DNA of 64,000 nucleotides from positions 5,342 to 69,341 of IMG/VR virus record IMGVR_UViG_3300025289_000028. One strand, written 5' to 3'. Below are positions 1 to 9,828 of this stretch, in pieces. The notes below the pieces were generated by a model. The model was not told where the DNA came from and ran no database searches. It was given only the letters and a program-made list of their open reading frames with translations. This stretch comes from a virus. The first letter of the stretch is position 1, and every line of letters starts with the position of its first letter. Both the position numbers and the translations under genes were made by a program.

Positions 1-1
1 G

Positions 2-73
2 ATGAATTTTTACAAGAAGAATGGATTCACATTAACAAACAAAGAAGGTCTTATGACTTATAAAAACAAATAA
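2..73 (+). CDS. 3' fragment of an upstream gene running off the window start. The tail ...NFYKKNGFTLTNKEGLMTYKNK* resembles a GNAT acetyltransferase C-terminus
   Basis: Open frame from position 2 to TAA at 71-73, immediately followed by the next ATG at 75. The 'FYKKNGF' pattern is typical of the GNAT C-terminal motif. The alternative frame 1 ends at 63. Confidence 0.3.
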   Translation: MNFYKKNGFTLTNKEGLMTYKNK

Positions 74-74
74 A

Positions 75-650
75 ATGAAGACAAAAACCTATAAAATAAT
101 TTTACTTCCATCAGAAAATTCGAGTAAATTATTATTAAATTATAAAACGCTCCATTATGATGATGGAAATTTAGATTTAGATGGAGAAGTGTTTTCGCAA
201 CATCTTTATATTATATCCAACGAAATTAATGAAGGTGATAATATTGTTTGTATTAAAAATGGAACAATAGCAAATCAAATGGGTATCAACAAAACAGGAA
301 GAACTGGAATATGTGTTTTTCCTAATGGTAATGATGGAAGTGTTTGGGTGAAAATAATAGCTTCAACAGATAAATCATTAGAATTGCCTTGGATACCAAA
401 ATTATTTATTTTTAATTATATCGAAAAATACAATCGTAATAATATAATTGCTGAGGTTGAATTGGAATGTGAGAATGTTGTTTCTAATAATCAAAATATT
501 AAAATAAACTCTGACGGCTCTATAATTATTCACCATCAAGTCAAAACTTACACTAAAAAAGAAGTTATTGAATTACTTAAACAAAGGGGTAATGATTTTG
601 CTAATGATAAAGAATATACATTAGACCAATGGATTGAAGAAAATTTATAA
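75..650 (+). CDS. hypothetical protein (191 aa)
   Basis: First ORF of the co-directional packed array. Confidence 0.55.
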   Translation: MKTKTYKIILLPSENSSKLLLNYKTLHYDDGNLDLDGEVFSQHLYIISNEINEGDNIVCIKNGTIANQMGINKTGRTGICVFPNGNDGSVWVKIIASTDKSLELPWIPKLFIFNYIEKYNRNNIIAEVELECENVVSNNQNIKINSDGSIIIHHQVKTYTKKEVIELLKQRGNDFANDKEYTLDQWIEENL

Positions 651-1017
651 CATGAAAGAAAATTACATCATTGAAATGCATAAGGCAGTTGACTCCTGTA
701 AAGCAAATACAATTTATACAGACGAGCAACTTATCAAAATGAAATCTGACGGAGAAAAAATCTTCAATGAAATTTTTGAAGTTGACGGAAAAATAATTAC
801 CTTCGATGACAACGGAACAGAAAAAGAAGTAAAAGTTGAAATTGAAAAATACGTATTCGGACATAATGATTTTAAGATTTACTGTAGTGACTTCATGATT
901 AAGAAAGCAATGAAAGAAGTTTTCTTTAATTTAAAAAAAGATGAAAAAATTGGACATCAAAGTACTAATGGTTATGGAACAGCATTTGTATTAAGTTATG
1001 ATTTAAAAAATAATTAG
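634..1017 (+). CDS. hypothetical protein (127 aa)
   Basis: ORF in packed array; 17-nt overlap with the upstream gene. Confidence 0.5.
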   Translation: MKKIYNMKENYIIEMHKAVDSCKANTIYTDEQLIKMKSDGEKIFNEIFEVDGKIITFDDNGTEKEVKVEIEKYVFGHNDFKIYCSDFMIKKAMKEVFFNLKKDEKIGHQSTNGYGTAFVLSYDLKNN

Positions 1018-1020
1018 AAA

Positions 1021-1236
1021 ATGACCAGACAAGAAACAAATAGATTAATTTTAAAGCAAATTTTAGCTATGGTTGAAGGTGCTCCAGACTTAAGATTTCA
1101 ACAAATTTTAATCAATATGGGAATTAATCAAACACAATTAGTTGGAACTATGCCAAACGAAATAATGATGTGTAAGGATTTATATCACGAGGAAAGTATT
1201 AAAACGCTTGAAAGAATAAATAAGAAAGATGCTTAA
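1021..1236 (+). CDS. hypothetical protein (71 aa)
   Basis: ORF in packed array. Confidence 0.5.
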   Translation: MTRQETNRLILKQILAMVEGAPDLRFQQILINMGINQTQLVGTMPNEIMMCKDLYHEESIKTLERINKKDA

Positions 1237-1486
1237 AAGTAAGATATTCAATTTCTTTGCAGTTAAACTTGTAGAAGGTGCTCATACTCAATTTTATAAA
1301 GAAAGAGATGAACATAACAGAGAAATAAGTGAATTCATTGAACAGTTAGGAAAAGATGGAAATACTTTTATAAACATGAACTCAGTAGGTTATGGAAGAT
1401 TTGAAAGTGTTGACAGAATAAGAACTATAATAATTTACATAGAAAACCAGACAAGGAAAGTTCTTGTTGAAAAAATTAAATCATAA
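1229..1486 (+). CDS. hypothetical small protein, paralog family A; C-terminal ...TRKVLVEKIKS*
   Basis: Clear paralog of 1489..1719 (NTFINMNSVGYGR...R.RT.I.Y.EN.TRKV.VEK); carries the recurrent motif. Confidence 0.6.
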   Translation: MLKSKIFNFFAVKLVEGAHTQFYKERDEHNREISEFIEQLGKDGNTFINMNSVGYGRFESVDRIRTIIIYIENQTRKVLVEKIKS

Positions 1487-1488
1487 GA

Positions 1489-1719
1489 ATGGCTAAATGT
1501 AAAACGTTTTATTCGGATGATAATAGAACAAACTATGAAATGCATGATTTAGAAATAAAATCTTTTCTTGAAGAATTAGAAACAAATGGGCACACATTTA
1601 TAAATATCAACACAATTTCTTTTGGAAGAAATAATGGTTATGTTGATAGATTTAGAACCGAAATTACATACATGGAAAATCCAACAAGAAAAGTTATTGT
1701 TGAGAAATCAGAAGCATAA
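1489..1719 (+). CDS. hypothetical small protein, paralog family A; C-terminal ...TRKVIVEKSEA*
   Basis: Paralog of 1229..1486; starts 3 nt after the upstream stop. Confidence 0.6.
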   Translation: MAKCKTFYSDDNRTNYEMHDLEIKSFLEELETNGHTFININTISFGRNNGYVDRFRTEITYMENPTRKVIVEKSEA

Positions 1720-1721
1720 GA

Positions 1722-2525
1722 ATGGAAATAAATAAATGTTATAACGAAAAGGCTGAGGAATTTTTAGTAAAGGCTCCAGATAATTTTATTGACCTCACTG
1801 TTACATCACCACCCTACGACGACTTGAGAAATTATAAAGGTTTCACTCTTGATTTAGATTTTGTTATAAAAGAATTATACAGAGCAACAAAGAAAGGCGG
1901 AATTTGTGTTTGGGTTGTTGCTGACCAAGTAAAAAAGAACAGTGAAACCGGTACCTCATTCAGACAAGCTCTTAAATTTATTGACCATGGTTGGAAGTTA
2001 CATGATACAATGATTTACAAAAAACTCAATCCAACACCAAATGCCAGAGCCAGATACCAACAATGTTTTGAGTATATGTTCGTATTTTCAAAAGGAAAAC
2101 CAAAAACAACCAATATAGAACTACGAGAGCGAAGAAACAAATGTAACGACAAAAGAACTTTCAGGAAAAAAAAGTTTTCCAGGAACGCAAATGGAGACTT
2201 TAACACGAACGATTATCACTTCAAGGAAAGAGTGCCAAAAGAAAATATTTGGGAATACTATGTTGGTGGTGGTAACAGTTCTAAAGATAAAATAGCTTTT
2301 AAACATCCGGCAATTTTTCCGGAGGAGCTTGCAAAAGACCATATATTAAGCTGGACAAATGAAGGAGACTTGGTTTGTGATATCATGGCCGGTAGCGGTA
2401 CAACTTTTAAAATGGCAAGACTAAATAAGAGAAACTATATCGGATGTGAAATCTCAAAAGAATATTGCGATGATATCATAGATGAAAGAATGAAAAAATA
2501 TCCAGAAGAAATATTAATTAAATAA
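1722..2525 (+). CDS. DNA methyltransferase, beta-class amino-MTase (N4-cytosine or N6-adenine)
   Basis: Motif IV 'TSPPYDD' is near the N-terminus and the AdoMet motif I 'DIMAGSGTT' near the C-terminus. This IV-then-I order is typical of beta-class MTases. Homologous to the interrupted gene 55081..55863. Confidence 0.8.
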   Translation: MEINKCYNEKAEEFLVKAPDNFIDLTVTSPPYDDLRNYKGFTLDLDFVIKELYRATKKGGICVWVVADQVKKNSETGTSFRQALKFIDHGWKLHDTMIYKKLNPTPNARARYQQCFEYMFVFSKGKPKTTNIELRERRNKCNDKRTFRKKKFSRNANGDFNTNDYHFKERVPKENIWEYYVGGGNSSKDKIAFKHPAIFPEELAKDHILSWTNEGDLVCDIMAGSGTTFKMARLNKRNYIGCEISKEYCDDIIDERMKKYPEEILIK

Positions 2526-2532
2526 CAACATT

Positions 2533-3111
2533 ATGACAGCAGAACAATTTTTAGCGTTAAAAAAAGATCCGTTGCAGAAATATAAAAAATTGTATAGTTT
2601 TGCAGTTGAATTCTCTACTAAAGCTCACTTCTTAAAAAGTTATGGTAATTTACCTTATCAGGCTCATTTATTTGATGTGGAATATGTAATCGTTAAATTT
2701 GGTTATGGAGAAGAAACAGTTGAAGGGTACGAAAATAGAATTGCTGCACTATTACACGACACAATTGAAGATTCGATCTACAACTATAGTGATGTTAAGA
2801 AAATTTTTGGTATTAATGTAGCAGAAATGGTTTATCTTTGCACTGATTTTAGAGGACGAAACAGAAAACAAAGAAAGCCAGATGCTCTTTATGAAGAAAT
2901 GAAAGGAAATCCAAGAGCTGTAATTATAAAACTGGCTGATAGAATTGCAAATGTTATGTTTTCTATCGAAAGTGGCGAAATGATTGATACTTATAAAAAA
3001 GAACATAATCATTTTAAAGAAAGTTTATATACTCCTGGAGTCGGAGAAGAAATGTGGAAATGCCTTGATTTATTACTTATACCATCATATCAAGAACTTT
3101 TAAAAAATTAA
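2533..3111 (+). CDS. RelA/SpoT-type HD-domain hydrolase (small alarmone (p)ppGpp hydrolase / Mesh1-like)
   Basis: 'RIAALLHDTIEDS', 'IFGINVAEMVYLCTD' and 'AVIIKLADRIANV' match the conserved SpoT HD hydrolase blocks (H..AALLHD..ED; FG..VA.LV.GVTK; IKLADRLHNMR). Confidence 0.8.
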   Translation: MTAEQFLALKKDPLQKYKKLYSFAVEFSTKAHFLKSYGNLPYQAHLFDVEYVIVKFGYGEETVEGYENRIAALLHDTIEDSIYNYSDVKKIFGINVAEMVYLCTDFRGRNRKQRKPDALYEEMKGNPRAVIIKLADRIANVMFSIESGEMIDTYKKEHNHFKESLYTPGVGEEMWKCLDLLLIPSYQELLKN

Positions 3112-3115
3112 ATTT

Positions 3116-3757
3116 ATGGGATATTCAACAGATTTTAGTGGTAAACTTTTATTCACAAAAGAATTAAAAGCCAGCGAACTTGCTGAACTTAATAATTTTC
3201 TTGGCAAAGACTGCAGAGAACATCCGGAATGGGGAAATGCCAACCTTAGTTATATTGACTTGCAATTAACTAAAGATTTTTTTGGACTTGAATGGGATGG
3301 TTCCGAGAAAACATATGATTTGGTTGAAAAAACCAATCTTGTCATTGAAAATATGAGAATAAAATATCCAGACTTTGGATTAACCGGAAAATTATTAGCT
3401 CAAGGAGAAGATATAGGCGATGCGTGGATTCTTGCTATAGAAAATGGAAAAGCAAAACATAAAAAAATAGATTTAAGTCACAAGAAAAAGATAACTTGTC
3501 CACATTGTGAAGAAGAATTTTTCTTGGATGAAGAAAAAAAATATTCATTTTCATTTGTTTTCTCCGGTTTTCGAGATAAAATTTTGGAAAACAAAATAAG
3601 AGAAAAGGATTGGGAAGTAACAGAAAATATTTCCAAAAATACCACACATCTTGTAATGAAAGATGAAACTAAAATCAGCAGTAAAAAAACACAAGCTTTG
3701 AAAAATGGTTGTGTAATTTTATCAATAGAAAAACTTGCAAATTTTTTAAACAATTAA
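3116..3757 (+). CDS. hypothetical protein with C-terminal BRCT-like domain
   Basis: C-terminal ~80 aa (WEVTENISKNTTHLVMKDETKISSKKTQALKNGCVILSIEKLANFL) fits the BRCT pattern as seen in NAD-ligase C-termini. Confidence 0.5.
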   Translation: MGYSTDFSGKLLFTKELKASELAELNNFLGKDCREHPEWGNANLSYIDLQLTKDFFGLEWDGSEKTYDLVEKTNLVIENMRIKYPDFGLTGKLLAQGEDIGDAWILAIENGKAKHKKIDLSHKKKITCPHCEEEFFLDEEKKYSFSFVFSGFRDKILENKIREKDWEVTENISKNTTHLVMKDETKISSKKTQALKNGCVILSIEKLANFLNN

Positions 3758-3760
3758 ACA

Positions 3761-4237
3761 ATGGGAATAGACATCAATATTCATATCGGGCCATATATGG
3801 TCACAAAAAGCAATAAGGAGATTCAAAAAGAATGCACTGTCAATACTTGTTTGAATACGGATTGTGAAACACATAAAGAAAATCAAGTAGTGCACAGTAA
3901 GTTTTGCGCCAACTGCGGTTATTCAATTGGTAAAAAGAAATATATTGAAATTGAAAAAATAACTCCTTATTCATTGTTAGAAGATGAATTTTTAGATGAG
4001 CTACATTGTGCATATGATTATGAAAATATAGAAATATATATTTCCAATCAATGCTCTCCATTCGATAGAGAATTTGACTCAGATAGATTCTTTGAAATTG
4101 ATTTGCAAAAGGCTGATTCCCAAAAAGAAATAGACTGGTTTAAAGAAAGATTTAAAAAAATAATTTCATGTTTTGAACTTGAATTTGGAAAAGATTCTAT
4201 TGAATTCAAATGGGGAATAATAAAGTGGTTTTCTTAA
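3761..4237 (+). CDS. hypothetical protein (158 aa) with Cys cluster (CLNTDCETH...CANCGYS)
   Basis: ORF in packed array; probable Zn-ribbon. Confidence 0.5.
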   Translation: MGIDINIHIGPYMVTKSNKEIQKECTVNTCLNTDCETHKENQVVHSKFCANCGYSIGKKKYIEIEKITPYSLLEDEFLDELHCAYDYENIEIYISNQCSPFDREFDSDRFFEIDLQKADSQKEIDWFKERFKKIISCFELEFGKDSIEFKWGIIKWFS

Positions 4238-4247
4238 CTCGCAAAAA

Positions 4248-4625
4248 ATGGAAAAAGAGATAAAATTTAAAGTATGGGATACTAAACAAAATATATTTTT
4301 AGAGGAAGTTCCTTTTGTGGAATCTTGGATTGGTAATGATTGTTGGGACGACGCAGAAGATGCAAGTCCGTATGATTGGACAACAGCACCAACGCACAAT
4401 GGGAGATTAATCTGGCTCCAATTCATAAATTCAACTGACACGAACGGAAAAGAAGTTTATGATGGTGATATTTTAGAAGCTCCATCTGGAAATAAATTTA
4501 TTGTAAAATGGTACGACGAAGAAATGAGATGGGTAATGTTTTCAAAAGACACTTGGTATAATATGAATATGAAATTGCACAAAGTTATTGGAAATATTTT
4601 TGAAAATCCTGAACTAATTAGTTAA
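4248..4625 (+). CDS. hypothetical protein (125 aa)
   Basis: ORF in packed array. Confidence 0.5.
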   Translation: MEKEIKFKVWDTKQNIFLEEVPFVESWIGNDCWDDAEDASPYDWTTAPTHNGRLIWLQFINSTDTNGKEVYDGDILEAPSGNKFIVKWYDEEMRWVMFSKDTWYNMNMKLHKVIGNIFENPELIS

Positions 4626-4626
4626 T

Positions 4627-5088
4627 ATGGAAGCACAAGAAAAATTAGAAACAGTACTCAACCACATTCAAAACGTACAAAGGAACTGTTATAAATTAGG
4701 ATTAAAGCTAATTAAGTTAGGTGAGATAGAACTTGGAAGAAATTTAATCGCCAATGGACAAATACATGATAATAGCAAACTTAAAGGCATTGAGTTCGAT
4801 CATTTATTTTATGACGACCCTATGTTACCTGATGTTATAAAACATCACAGTTCCACGAATCCTCATCATCCGGAATATTGGTCAAAAATACAATCTATGC
4901 CTGAGCTTTATTTGATCGAGCTTGTTTGTGATTGTACCGGTAGGTCTGCAGAATTTGGTTCTGACATACGTATTTGGTTTCATGAAGAAGCAACAAAAAA
5001 ATATAATTTTTCAATGGATGATGAAGTTGGGAAAAAAATAATTTATTATCTCGACTTATTATTAGATAAACCTTTTAAAAAAAAATAA
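4627..5088 (+). CDS. hypothetical protein (153 aa), His-rich (possible metal-dependent hydrolase)
   Basis: ORF in packed array; HD..H..HHP motifs. Weak. Confidence 0.45.
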   Translation: MEAQEKLETVLNHIQNVQRNCYKLGLKLIKLGEIELGRNLIANGQIHDNSKLKGIEFDHLFYDDPMLPDVIKHHSSTNPHHPEYWSKIQSMPELYLIELVCDCTGRSAEFGSDIRIWFHEEATKKYNFSMDDEVGKKIIYYLDLLLDKPFKKK

Positions 5089-5089
5089 A

Positions 5090-5317
5090 ATGACAGACAC
5101 ATTTTCTAAAGAAATACTTTTTAAAGAAAACGATTTAATAGAAGTAAAGCCAGAATTTATTCAGGATATAACCTATACAAATAAACCAACAATAGGTACA
5201 AAATACAGAATAAGAACCGTATTTGGTGGAGATATTTGGACTTATGGATTAAATTTTGAAACTGGAGGTGATACCTATATAAATATTAGTCATAAACACG
5301 TTAAACTTGCTAAATAA
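5090..5317 (+). CDS. hypothetical protein (75 aa)
   Basis: ORF in packed array. Confidence 0.5.
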   Translation: MTDTFSKEILFKENDLIEVKPEFIQDITYTNKPTIGTKYRIRTVFGGDIWTYGLNFETGGDTYINISHKHVKLAK

Positions 5318-5320
5318 ACG

Positions 5321-5530
5321 ATGACAGACTACAGAAATTTATCAGACTGGGCAAAAGCCAAAGTAGATAAAACAATTGCCGAAGAAATTGAGCCCGGACC
5401 TCGCGAAAATAAACACAATGGTTTTAAATGGAATGAACCAGAATATACACTTAACAGAGTTCATAATGGTGATTATTGTTCAGAGTGCTGGATGATTTAC
5501 TATAACTGTTTATGCTCACATGATAACTAA
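5321..5530 (+). CDS. hypothetical protein (69 aa)
   Basis: ORF in packed array. Confidence 0.5.
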   Translation: MTDYRNLSDWAKAKVDKTIAEEIEPGPRENKHNGFKWNEPEYTLNRVHNGDYCSECWMIYYNCLCSHDN

Positions 5531-5831
5531 AATTATGAAAGAAAAAGACGATTTCACTATCTCTACAAGATATTCAGAAACAGAATATCCGGATAAGCAT
5601 GGAAGATGGGCGAGAAAAGTTTATTTCAAAAACATGATGATTGCCTGGATAAACAGAGTTGAATACAATGGTTTTGTCTTTTACACAATAACTGATTATT
5701 TCCCATCGTTAATGCAAGACAATCCTTGCTATACTGGAAAAGATGACGATTTTAATAAAATAGTTTCAGATGCTAAAATTAGATTTCTATCATTCTTAAA
5801 TGCTTGTAATACATATGATTGCAATAAATAA
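5520..5831 (+). CDS. hypothetical protein (103 aa)
   Basis: ORF in packed array; 11-nt overlap with the upstream gene. Confidence 0.5.
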   Translation: MITKIMKEKDDFTISTRYSETEYPDKHGRWARKVYFKNMMIAWINRVEYNGFVFYTITDYFPSLMQDNPCYTGKDDDFNKIVSDAKIRFLSFLNACNTYDCNK

Positions 5832-5836
5832 GCGAT

Positions 5837-6082
5837 ATGCCAAAGCATAAGAAAAAATATCCACATCTGCCACATGGCGAATATAATAAAAGAAATTATA
5901 AAAAAGGTGAAACAGAACCAACCCAAATAGGAGGATTGCACAGAAAAGTTACAAATGGTGAAAAAATTCTTATATTTAAACACGAAATTACCGATAGGGA
6001 ATTAAGTAAAAAAATAAATCGTTCTGTAAAATCCATTCATATGATTAGACACAAAATAAAAACAGGTATCTATTTATTATAA
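5837..6082 (+). CDS. small HTH protein (sigma-70 region-4 / LuxR-like helix-turn-helix)
   Basis: 'ITDRELSKKINRSVKSIHMIRHKIKTG' fits an HTH. Basic N-terminus. Confidence 0.45.
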   Translation: MPKHKKKYPHLPHGEYNKRNYKKGETEPTQIGGLHRKVTNGEKILIFKHEITDRELSKKINRSVKSIHMIRHKIKTGIYLL

Positions 6083-6084
6083 AA

Positions 6085-6276
6085 ATGACAGAAGAAAGTA
6101 GAAATAAATTAATTGCTCAAGGAAGACAAGATTTGGTTGATACCTATGATTTACTTCAAACCGGTTATGCTGGTATAAATAGAAGTGGGACAATAGTAGA
6201 TAGAAGATTATTTCCAGAAGCTATTGAAATTAAACACAATTCAATGTTTGATACTCCTCCTCCTAAAAAAATATAA
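6085..6276 (+). CDS. hypothetical protein (63 aa)
   Basis: ORF in packed array. Confidence 0.45.
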   Translation: MTEESRNKLIAQGRQDLVDTYDLLQTGYAGINRSGTIVDRRLFPEAIEIKHNSMFDTPPPKKI

Positions 6277-6277
6277 T

Positions 6278-6754
6278 ATGAAAAAGAAAGTCACTTTAGT
6301 TCTTGTTCCTTTTTATCCTAACAAATTAGAGCCAGGAATGCTTATGGCATATAAAAGGAAAAAATTACAGCCGGAAACACATGATTATAATCCATTTTAT
6401 TTAACACAGTCAGACGTGACAGTATTGCATCATTATAATGATATTAATAGTGAAATTATAAAATATTGGACACCTGTTCAACCATATCTTATTTCTAATG
6501 ATGAATTAGAAGAGTTTGAAAATGATGACCCTCTTGTATTTTCTGTTTATGGAAGATTATGTGTCGCTTTTTTTGATGATTTGCTTGGCAATGATATATC
6601 GTGGGTAAGAAAAGTTATAGCCGGTCCATTAGAACTTGGTTCATTAGATATAGAGCTTATTAAAAAAATAATCAAGAACGGAGAAAGCTCTGGAGGTAAG
6701 TGTGAAATAGATATGGAAGAAAAAAACAAAGGTAATATTGTTATTTTCAGTTAA
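6278..6754 (+). CDS. hypothetical protein (158 aa)
   Basis: Start moved to the ATG at 6278 (MKKKVTL), directly after the upstream stop at 6276. The ORF-track start at 6224 lies inside the upstream gene. Confidence 0.5.
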   Translation: MKKKVTLVLVPFYPNKLEPGMLMAYKRKKLQPETHDYNPFYLTQSDVTVLHHYNDINSEIIKYWTPVQPYLISNDELEEFENDDPLVFSVYGRLCVAFFDDLLGNDISWVRKVIAGPLELGSLDIELIKKIIKNGESSGGKCEIDMEEKNKGNIVIFS

Positions 6755-6765
6755 AACTATTAATT

Positions 6766-7242
6766 TTGACAAATATCACTAAAGTATGTGGTATAAAAAA
6801 CTATGATATGGCTAAAAAGAACTCTAAAAGGGAAAAAATAACTTTTGAAACAATTAATGGTTTTAAATCAATTAATGGTGGACACATTTTAAAACCTGGA
6901 GCGAAGCTCATTCCTCGTGATATAACTAAAGAAAAAGAAGCCGACGAAAAGAAAGTTAAGGAAGATTTAGTCAGATATGAAAAAGATTTAAAAGAAGAAG
7001 AAATTAGATTCAAAAACCTACCTTGTCCATCTTGTAAAAATAAAAAGAAAGAAATTAATATAATTTCTCACATAGACGGACCAACCGTTTATGGAGGACA
7101 CAATAATAGAGCTGTTGTTCTCGCTGAATATTGCATATGTCAAGGTTGTGGAATTATGTACGTCGATTTAAATAAGAAAAAAGTAACACCTCCTTATAGT
7201 GGAATGTTTTCAACGAGTTTATATAACAGAAATTATTATTAA
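6766..7242 (+). CDS. hypothetical protein with Zn-ribbon (CPSCKNKK...CICQGCG)
   Basis: ORF in packed array. Confidence 0.5.
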   Translation: MTNITKVCGIKNYDMAKKNSKREKITFETINGFKSINGGHILKPGAKLIPRDITKEKEADEKKVKEDLVRYEKDLKEEEIRFKNLPCPSCKNKKKEINIISHIDGPTVYGGHNNRAVVLAEYCICQGCGIMYVDLNKKKVTPPYSGMFSTSLYNRNYY

Positions 7243-7243
7243 T

Positions 7244-7501
7244 ATGGTCGTAATTTGCAAAAATGCCTCATGTCGGCCAAATGACATTCCTACTTCTCAA
7301 TGGGTAGTAAAAAACAATGAATACACTGTCGTTGGTGTATGGAAGATGAATATGCAAGGTGGAATTTTGGGATTTGAACTTGCTGAAATAAATCTTACCG
7401 GATGTGCACCATATAAGTACTATGCTGCAAATAGATTTGTAATTAAAGAATTACAACCCCAAGTAAAAGTAGAAGAAAAGTTCGCAGAAGAACTTGCTTA
7501 A
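7244..7501 (+). CDS. hypothetical protein (85 aa)
   Basis: Start at ATG 7244, directly after the upstream stop at 7242. Confidence 0.5.
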   Translation: MVVICKNASCRPNDIPTSQWVVKNNEYTVVGVWKMNMQGGILGFELAEINLTGCAPYKYYAANRFVIKELQPQVKVEEKFAEELA

Positions 7502-7566
7502 AATTCCTTAGCAACAAATTATACATTTATTACGTTTAAATTATTGTACGTATCAAAATATACAAT

Positions 7567-8445
7567 ATGAAAATCCAAGCAGATAAACAATTAGGTTTAA
7601 TGTTTCAAGATAATGCTATTTTCAATCAGCATTTATTTAAGGTTCATTATGAAAAATACATTAAGGATAAAAGTTTATCCGAAAATGATTTAAAAGATTA
7701 CACAAGCGAGCTTGTTGATTTTATAATGAATCCATCTATGAAAAACTGGGACAATGTAAGAATTCAAAACCCTATTTTACAACCAATAGAAGGTCTTGCA
7801 TTTCCTGTTAATAAAAACTATGTGTTTAGTCAAAAAGCTTTAACTATAGCCAATAGTATAAAACTTGATATTACGAAATTTGACCCGGTAATTATATCTT
7901 CCTTAACAGAAGGAAAAATGTGTACTTTTTTATGTGGAAAAAATTTAGCTTTCAGATATTGGTACAAAAACAAGCAATTGCTTGGAATGATTTTAGAATT
8001 CAACGAGCAAGATGGAATGGTACGTTATGTCAATTTCAGATTGAAAGCCAGCGACAGCTCTTATTATTTTCCTCAAGACCATCCGGATACAATGCATTGG
8101 AAAGATACTTATTTTATTCAGTTTTTAAAATTGCTTTTCTTTTTAGAGTTTAGTGATGTAGAATATAAACTACTTGGTCCAAATCAAAAATATGGAACAA
8201 AAAGAGAAGGAAACTATCTAAACGCAACAAAAAGGAACATAACAATAGTTGATTCTAATTGGAATATCGTTACAATCAACAAAAATGCTTTTACCGTTTC
8301 TGGTCATTTAAGAATGCAGCCGGTAGGAAAAGACAGAATGGGCAGAAAATTGATTTTTATAGAAGAATTTGATAAAAGTGGATATACCAGAAAAGGACAA
8401 GGAACTGCAGGCACAACTCAGGAAGAAATTGATAAAAACATCTAA
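7567..8445 (+). CDS. hypothetical protein (292 aa)
   Basis: Long ORF in packed array. Confidence 0.6.
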   Translation: MKIQADKQLGLMFQDNAIFNQHLFKVHYEKYIKDKSLSENDLKDYTSELVDFIMNPSMKNWDNVRIQNPILQPIEGLAFPVNKNYVFSQKALTIANSIKLDITKFDPVIISSLTEGKMCTFLCGKNLAFRYWYKNKQLLGMILEFNEQDGMVRYVNFRLKASDSSYYFPQDHPDTMHWKDTYFIQFLKLLFFLEFSDVEYKLLGPNQKYGTKREGNYLNATKRNITIVDSNWNIVTINKNAFTVSGHLRMQPVGKDRMGRKLIFIEEFDKSGYTRKGQGTAGTTQEEIDKNI

Positions 8446-8988
8446 ATGATTGAGTATTTAAACATAATAAAGATAGAGCCTCCTAATTTAATTAACTTTC
8501 CACAGAAAAGAAGAGTGCTTGTTGAAAAATTTATTTATAAAGAATATCCTTTAAAAAAAGTTTTAGAAAATTACCGCAATTCGATAGTAGCTCCCGGTGA
8601 ATACGTATGGGTGATAGACGCTAATAGTCTTGTTATAGAAAGATATATAATTTCTTTAGTCCCAGAAATATTAGAAAATGGGAGTAAAATATTTTTTTTC
8701 GATAAAAAAGGGAAATTTCGTGAAATTCATACAATGATGCATGTTTTTTTAGATACAAATAATACATTAAATACTTTTCATTTATATGGAGGTCATTCGT
8801 CTGGTGATAAACTTATATGTTCTTCAGAAGAAGATGTTTTAATTTCATTAAAAAAATATATTCCATTACTAATAAAGAAAATACAAGAAAATTTATTTAG
8901 AGGAAATATGAGTATTGAAAAACAAGCAGGAAAAAAAACAAGAATAAAAGAACTCCAAAAATTTCAAAAATTTTTAGCTAAATCATGA
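8446..8988 (+). CDS. hypothetical protein (180 aa); N-terminal ...KRRVLVEK motif
   Basis: Starts the nucleotide after the upstream stop. Confidence 0.55.
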   Translation: MIEYLNIIKIEPPNLINFPQKRRVLVEKFIYKEYPLKKVLENYRNSIVAPGEYVWVIDANSLVIERYIISLVPEILENGSKIFFFDKKGKFREIHTMMHVFLDTNNTLNTFHLYGGHSSGDKLICSSEEDVLISLKKYIPLLIKKIQENLFRGNMSIEKQAGKKTRIKELQKFQKFLAKS

Positions 8989-9497
8989 ACTACCTTAAGT
9001 GTAAAGATTATTTTATTTTCAAGTTCAGATTTTATGCTGATAAAAGGATATTGGATAAATGGCATAGAGATGGTGGAGGAGTCCCAAAACAACATTGTGA
9101 TAGAGCTGTTGCGAGCTGTAATTTTTTATTGGCTTTAGTGAAAAAAATTACTGGCAAAAAACAGGAATATTGGTTTTCAGAATACTTATTTGAGCCATAC
9201 GATTGTATGATAGAAGAAATACAAGAAACTCATGGAATTTATAGGTTTTTGCTTTCGGATGGGTATTATACTTTTTTTATTCCAATACGTCATACTGAAA
9301 TTATTGAATGGATTAAACCGAAAATAAAATTCCCTCATAAAATAATCAAAAAAACAAGTGTTGGATTTATCAATCACAATGAAGATTGTTCTTTTCACAG
9401 AAGTTTGTCCGCACAAAGAACAAAAGACTTTAAACAAAAAATATTAATTGCAGAAAGCACAAGAAAGGTATTGTTCGAAAAATGTAATAATTGGTAA
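8985..9497 (+). CDS. hypothetical protein (170 aa); C-terminal ...TRKVLFEKCNNW*
   Basis: ATGA overlap with the upstream gene. Confidence 0.55.
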   Translation: MNYLKCKDYFIFKFRFYADKRILDKWHRDGGGVPKQHCDRAVASCNFLLALVKKITGKKQEYWFSEYLFEPYDCMIEEIQETHGIYRFLLSDGYYTFFIPIRHTEIIEWIKPKIKFPHKIIKKTSVGFINHNEDCSFHRSLSAQRTKDFKQKILIAESTRKVLFEKCNNW

Positions 9498-9824
9498 ATG
9501 TATAACATACTAAAAAACAAAGAAGTAAAAATAAGAAAGCCGAGAAAATGTTTTGGTTGTTTGGATATTGTGCCAATTGGAAGAATTATGACATATGTGG
9601 TAGGAGTTGAAGATGGAGTATTCGGAACTACTTATTGGTGTGATTTATGTGACGCTTATTTTCATTCATGTTCTGAATTCGCAGAAGATGGAATTTCAGA
9701 AGGTGAATTTAGGAACGAAATGAGTTATAATCAATTTAAAAAAGAGTATCTTTGCCAGGAAAGAAAAGTCTTATTTGAAAAAGATAATTTAAGATTAATC
9801 ATAAACAAAGTTCTCAATAAATAA
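9498..9824 (+). CDS. hypothetical Cys-rich protein (108 aa); ...ERKVLFEK motif
   Basis: CFGC...CDLCDAYFHSC cluster. Confidence 0.55.
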   Translation: MYNILKNKEVKIRKPRKCFGCLDIVPIGRIMTYVVGVEDGVFGTTYWCDLCDAYFHSCSEFAEDGISEGEFRNEMSYNQFKKEYLCQERKVLFEKDNLRLIINKVLNK

Positions 9825-9828
9825 TACC

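Noticed and set aside
3700-3740. 'VILSIEK' in the BRCT protein, and 'KEILFKE' at 5100-5130, as extra instances of the motif.
   Set aside because: Both lack the Arg and the full pattern and are likely chance matches in K/E/I/L-rich proteins.
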